From: the human T2T-CHM13v2.0 reference genome, Homo sapiens
Assembly: GCF_009914755.1 (NCBI RefSeq)
Contig: NC_060935.1
Length of the DNA stretch: 64,000 nt
Reading direction: 5' to 3' (one strand)
The position numbers were made by a program, and so were the translations under genes. Each line of letters starts with the position of its first letter. Position 1 is the first letter of the stretch. Positions 57,745 to 64,000 of this stretch are shown piece by piece. Below the pieces are notes generated by a model that had not been told where the DNA came from, did no database searches, and saw nothing but the letters and a program-made list of their open reading frames with translations.

Positions 57745-58200
57745 ACTGCACTGATGCCTACTCTTTCCTTTGGTCAGCTCTGCACAGAAATGTCTCCTCC
57801 CTCACACCCCTTTCTTCCAGCCAGTTGTAAAAGTCTTTTTTCCACCGTGGATTCCTCAGTATCTTTGACAGCTGCTATAAGCAGTGCATCGTGGGAGCAG
57901 TGGGAGCAGCGACAGCAGCTCCGCACAGCATTATCTGCGGGCTGGTAGCTCTTTGTCAATAGATGACTCAACTCACAGAGCAACTTGACAGTATCCCTGC
58001 TCTAGGCAGAAGCAATCAATGCTCCACACAGCTGGGCTACAAGACTGTACACTGTGTTACAAACCCTTTTTGGATGGAGCCCTACAGTAAAGAATAACTC
58101 TTTGCTGTTTGGCATTCCGGCTTTTCCCTTTCCTTGCCGATCCCCACACAAAATACAAACCTTAAGAAAGAGAACTTATTATGAGATTCTTATGAGATTA
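57745..58200 (-). promoter_or_regulatory. DLG2: 5' UTR and proximal promoter of the long DLG2 alternative first exon (TSS not determined)
   Basis: Repeat-free, locally GC/CpG-enriched sequence immediately upstream of the ATG at 57744; inferred from first-exon status. Confidence 0.6.
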
Positions 58201-61200
58201 GTAGGACCCTTCTTTCCAGAAAGGATGCATCTAGGCTTAAACTTTATAGCATAAGCAATAAAAAATGATGGGAAAGTTAACCTGTAAAGGAATTTTCAAC
58301 ATTTATAAGAATCACTTATCTAGAGAGAGATTTGCCAAGACACAGACCCAGTCATGAAGTAACTATATAAGATCATCAATATTAACTCTGAAGAACATAA
58401 ATTCATTTGGAAAAATCATTGAGGTCACACCATTATACTAGAGTCTCTTAAAATTTGGAAGTTTGTTTTAAATCACGATTATGCATTTTAGTCCAAACAT
58501 ATATTCTTTATGCTATACACGATTATTAATTCTTTCTTATTCAAAGCAAGGCAGTTTTCAAGGTTTAAAACTGATGGGTTGGGCTTATTTTAAAACAGTA
58601 TTTTTCCTTACCCCAAATTATTCTGAGGGTTTCCTTTCAAATACTTTACCATAACAAATACATTCACCACAAATAGAGTCTGCGTTTTAAAGTGAAAGAT
58701 GCATCCAACTCTGCCATACAGTATTTTGGTTTCCAAAGACAGAATTTTCAAATTCTTTCACTGAAAAATAAGCTAATTTTTTCTAACTTAAAGCAATTGC
58801 CTTCCAAAGAGGATTTTTGTGTTAAATTTTAGCATGCTTGCTGAATCCATACATAGTATTTTCAGTGAAGTGAAAGGCTAATTGCCATAACATTAATAAT
58901 TTTTATTCTGTTTGAAACTTTCCACATCCATTTCCAAAATGTCTATCCTTATCACACATTACTAAGGAAATAATTTTGGTTTAAGTGTGCAGCCAGTTAC
59001 CATCCATGCAGTACCTAACAAAGATTATATAATCCTATGAAATAATTACTTTATCTGTAGACCATCAGATGCCATCAAATCTACCTTCTCAGTGGATTGA
59101 CCAGGTGCTGGGGCAGTATAGGCCTGATTTTTGCCTGAGCTGGCAAGGTGCTTATTGCAAGGGCTGAGATCATAGCAAGTTCTACATTTGAACACTAAGA
59201 CTCCCTGGATAAATCACTGTTAGACTTAAAAATCTTGAAAGTAAGGAGTAGGATCTTCTTTGTCCATGTATCTCCATATAAGGGTACTTTTCCAAATTCT
59301 GCACAAGGGGCTGATATTAGCATTGTGCCCATCACAGAAGGTATTCAAAACACGTTTGTTCAATAATAATGGCCAGATATGTAAGTTTAGAGGGCAGGTT
59401 CTGGTCTATGTTAATGGCCATTTTTCTCTAAGCACCTTTCACACCGTCCACCACAAAACAGGCAGTAAATACATACATATGTTTGACGGATGAATGGATG
59501 GTTGGGTGGAAGTATAAATGGAAGGAAAAAATAGAGAAATGAAGGAGTTGATACACATTTTTAAAATAATAATATTTAATTCAGCAATGTTCTAGAAACA
59601 TAAACTATTCCTTTAAAGTTAAATTTAGTTCTGGTGTTGAGGTATTCTTGTTAAGGAAATTTGTCAAAAATATATGAAACTTGAACTGTTGGGCAGAAAT
59701 AACAAAGGCATTAATAGTTTTTGCCTTCTTAAAGAAGATCAAGAAGTTAAAATCAATACCTGAAGACAGTGACGAAAAGGGAGAAAATTATTTCTCTCTC
59801 TCTCTCTTTCCCTCCCTCCCCCCTTTTTATTTTAGATCAATAGATTATACCTGAAAGAACTGTTGGGTCGAAGAAAACCCTAGAGAACTTTAGGCTTTTC
59901 TGGTATAACCATGATGCATGGCTGTACAGTAGGATTTGATGCAATATGCCAATGCCATCACTCTCAAATGAGAATGTCGGAAAGTGATAAGTTTGGCTGT
60001 CTCCAATCTTATCTAACCATAGATGCTTCTCTAGTTTTTTAGGCAGATATCATTGCACAAGGGCCCATTGGCATCTTCAGGGAACACATGTCCGGTTCTC
60101 ATCCATTTGCCTCTCAAGTATAAGAATCAATCTACATAGACATAAGTCAGTGTGCATCCATCACAACTTTGTAATGGTGTGTGCAGCTTGCAGCAAGGCA
60201 GAAACAATTTTCTGGCTTGACACTACTCAAGATATTACAAATCTTCACAGAGACTTAAATCTGTTATGAATGGGTTGTTCAGAATGCGCAATTTCTTCCC
60301 ATCACAAGGGCCACAGAATTTCTATTTTAATAACTTAGCATGTCATTTCTTTATAGTTAAATAGCATCCATTGTATAACTAATGTTATTTTGCTTAAAAG
60401 ATCTTTAAGGCTAAAGCAAACTTTTATTAAGCTTACTAAAAGACTATATTGAAATCACTCCTTCAGTTTAGTACATGTAAAGTAATTCCATACTCCTATC
60501 TTTCCCTCCCCACAAACAAGACTTTTCTTTTCAAACATGACATTTGGCTTTCTGAGGACAGCCCACTTAAACAGATAAATATGTTCAACTAGCCCTCTGT
60601 ACTATAAGACAGACTCACTAATTAATGGTAATCCAATTTGATCAACTATAATTGGACAATTGTAATGACCATGAGATGACATGAAATTCTGGCCAAACAA
60701 GAATTAGCGATGCACAAGTACACATCCTACTTATCACTGTGATTTAACATGGGCAGATGGTGCACAGAGCAATGCCTAGATGAGATATAACTTATTGAAC
60801 TCTCTTTGACCTGGCACTGGCTTCATAGAACAATCACTAGTTTCAAAGCAAGCATTTAAGACTAATATCCTAGCTTGATTTAATAAAAAATAGCAAAAAT
60901 GGATAAATATATTGTACTGCACTAAAACTTGATACAGAATCTTTTTCCAGATAAAATTATGCATATGGGAAATGAAAATATTAATAATAAAAGGAGAGCT
61001 AAGTGATTGCTAAAGAGTGACTGGTGACAGACATCCTTATCAGCCACAAGTAATACGCCAAATAATCATAAAATGCTTTGAAAAGTGTGTACAGTCTATT
61101 CCTATGATTGCAAAAACTAGAGATTTATAAATGCTAAGAAATCCGCATTCTTTTACATCTAATAACCTTTGGCCTAGATAATCTCCAGATCCAAGCACAT

Positions 61201-61689
61201 TTCCTTCAAAATAAGAAAGCCAGGAATACGTAAAGTATTTTAGGCTCTAAAATTATTTCCAAAATATTTAAACTAATTTAGTCATAACTTTTGTGAGACA
61301 AAAACAAGCAGGAATTTAGTGTGGAAGAAAACATGCTTAATTGATGCAAAGATTTAACCAAAACAGACGATTTAATAGAAGGTAGAAAAAACTTTTAAAA
61401 TGTCCCGAATTGTAACTAGCATAGTTGGATTTGGGTGAGTGTTGATGGGGAAGGGGTTAATCTGAATTAATTACAAGTCTAAATTATAAAATTGTATTCA
61501 GGAAATGTAAATGTATTATATTCTAAGGTACTTAGTATCACAAATACAGAAATCAGAACATTAATTATGTAATATTTCTTAAAGATTCTGAAAGAAACAC
61601 TAGTAAAAAGGTAATAATCACTTAAAATTTGCATATTTTTGCAATTGAATCTAAGTGCTAAACTATACTTCTACCAGAAATTTGTTCTC

Positions 61690-62570
61690 ATCCTTCAAGA
61701 TTAAACTAATGTCACTTCTGTAAGCTTTTCAGATCCCCTTGGCAAATTAAGTCATGCTCTACAGTATTTGTATACTTGTCTGTGTAAATATCTTTAACAT
61801 TTATCTATTTCTTTCAATCACCATGATGACCACTGTGATGTCTAACCCAGCATCATTTCTGTGTAGAACTGGTGAAACAGCTTTCTAACTGGTCTCTCGC
61901 ATACACCCTTGCTCTAATTCTCTCTCACACAGCACCCAGAGTAATTCCTAAAATGCAATTATGATCAGGTCCTTTATGCTTGATACCTGTCAGTTAAACG
62001 TCATTTTCTGGGACTCTTTATCCTCATTGATAGTATAATCTTTAAAGTAGTTTGGATGGTCTTTAATCATGACCCATGTGATCTGGCCTCTGTGGCTTTT
62101 TACCAGTCTTGTCTGTGCCTCACACTCTTGCTCTGTCCTCCAACCATACAGGCCTTGAATACTTGAGCTCAATCCTACCTTGTGGCCATGGAGGATGTTC
62201 TTTTCCCCACTTCATACTTTCACATAATTAATTCCTACTCACCCTTCTGTAGGCTGCATCAAGAGGCAACTCCCCCAAAGCCACCCTAAATAAACATACA
62301 GTATAATCTAAAAAGAAGTGGGATTACTATGCAACACAGCTCCAAAATAAAGCTTCTAGTCTTTACTTCCAACCAGATTGCCATCCAGATCTCTTTTACT
62401 CAGAAATTCTGGTGTCTTCCCTGTCCTTTGGAGTTCAACTTGCATATCATCACCTCCTCAAGAAAGCATTCCCTGAATACCGGGTCACCTTCTAAGATAG
62501 CTCATGTCATCTTTCCATTAAACACTCATTTAGCACCTGTGCTTCTCTATTACAACACTTAACAAAATTG
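61690..62570 (+). mobile_element. L2 LINE fragments
   Basis: Degenerate L2-like motifs (ctaactggtctc, atctggcctctg, catcacctcctcaagaaagcattccctga). Confidence 0.5.
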
Positions 62571-63195
62571 TATTTAAAACAAGAATTACACTATAACTTA
62601 GTTTGTACCCTTTTCCCCAAACAGAAAGTAAGTGGTTGCTAGTAGGGCAATGAAAGAGCTCTCTTATTTGCAACTGCATCCTTTGAACTCAGCACAAAGT
62701 GTTTAACCCTAATTGAAATAAATCAAACATGGAAGAAGACAAAAGTATCTTTCAATGATCACATCAATATAGGTATTCTGGTCTGTGTTCTACTTCTCAG
62801 TGTAAAATCAATAAATAAGCATTTTGATTTTAAAAACAAAATGGCAATGTGTTCCTACAGTCAGCACTTTAGTGGAACATTTAGTATGGATTAGTGGCAT
62901 AAGTGTATGAACTCATTTTTCAAAGAAATTTCCTAGTGGTCTTAGCACTGAAGCTGAAGCAGCTTCTGTTTATTTTAGCAAGATATTAATTCATAAAAGC
63001 TGCACTTCCTGGCAGCTGTGCATTTCTCTCAAGCTTTTTCAAGAGTTCTCCCTTTATAGCTAGATAGTACAAAAGAGGGAGCAGTTCCCTAAGTCAAAAG
63101 CCAGTTAGTGGTAAAACATGAAGAGAATCCTAAACTCCAAAGTCATATTAATTTTAAAATAATATAAGCCAAAAGTCATAATAATTTCACAAGAA

Positions 63196-63531
<336 letters not shown>

Positions 63532-63629
63532 TGAAGGCATGTAAATATCTCCTCTAATTCCCTCGCAATCAAGTCACAAATTTAAAAAATATTAAACAGA
63601 ATTATTATCCATAGCAAGTATTTTCTTTA

Positions 63630-64000
63630 GTTTTTTTTTTAAGTTGTGGTAAAAAACACAAAACATAAGATCTACTCTCTTAAATTTTTAAGTGTCCAAT
63701 ATAGTGCTTTTAACTATAAGCACAAGGTTGTAAAGCAGATCTCTACCACTTTTTCACCATGCATGATTAAAAGTCTACACCCATTGAACAACAAAACCCC
63801 ATTTCCTCCTCCCCCAGCCCCTAACAACCACCATTCCACTTTCTATTTCTTTGAGTTTGACTAGTTCAGATACTTCTTATAAGCAGCATAATACCATATT
63901 TGTCCTTCTATAGACTATTCCACTTAGCATATTGTCTTTAGGATTCACCCTTGTTGTAGCATATGATAGGATTTCCTTCTTTTTTATGGTTGAATAATAT
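63630..64000 (-). mobile_element. L1MB-type 3' end, continuing past the window edge
   Basis: ttgtggtaaaaaacaca..cataa...cctcccccagcccctaacaaccaccattc, the reverse complement of an L1MB 3' UTR. Confidence 0.8.

Noticed and set aside
57386-57751. Alternative 121-codon frame overlapping the DLG2 exon, plus other overlapping ORFs
   Set aside because: Starts at GTG with no ATG in frame; open frames are expected in a GC-rich exon; no independent support.

Overview
This is primate, very probably human, genomic DNA: AT-rich and dense in Alu, L1, MIR, L2, MER and LTR12 repeats. I recognise it from memory (no search run) as part of DLG2 (PSD-93/chapsyn-110, a MAGUK scaffold), transcribed on the minus strand. 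Two alternative N-terminal coding exons are visible. The first is 57744..57424 (MNAYLTKQH...GWFSPAQ, 107 codons, donor CAG|GTGAGC). The second is 13819..13715 (MQRPSVSRAE...MQHAFIP, 35 codons, donor CCG|GTAAGG). The rest is intron, and the other ORF-track entries fall in repeats or look like chance ORFs. I found no new multi-gene system. The most notable structures are: (i) a solo LTR12C in DLG2 sense orientation between the two first exons, carrying an AluY with a 49-A tail, in an apparent four-level nest; (ii) an L1PA insertion combining a twin-priming inversion with a probable 3' transduction; (iii) a U23 tract with out-of-frame AG acceptors just before the short first exon; (iv) a uORF and a Cys/His-rich, SAP102-like N-terminus in the long first exon; (v) two local non-tandem duplications.
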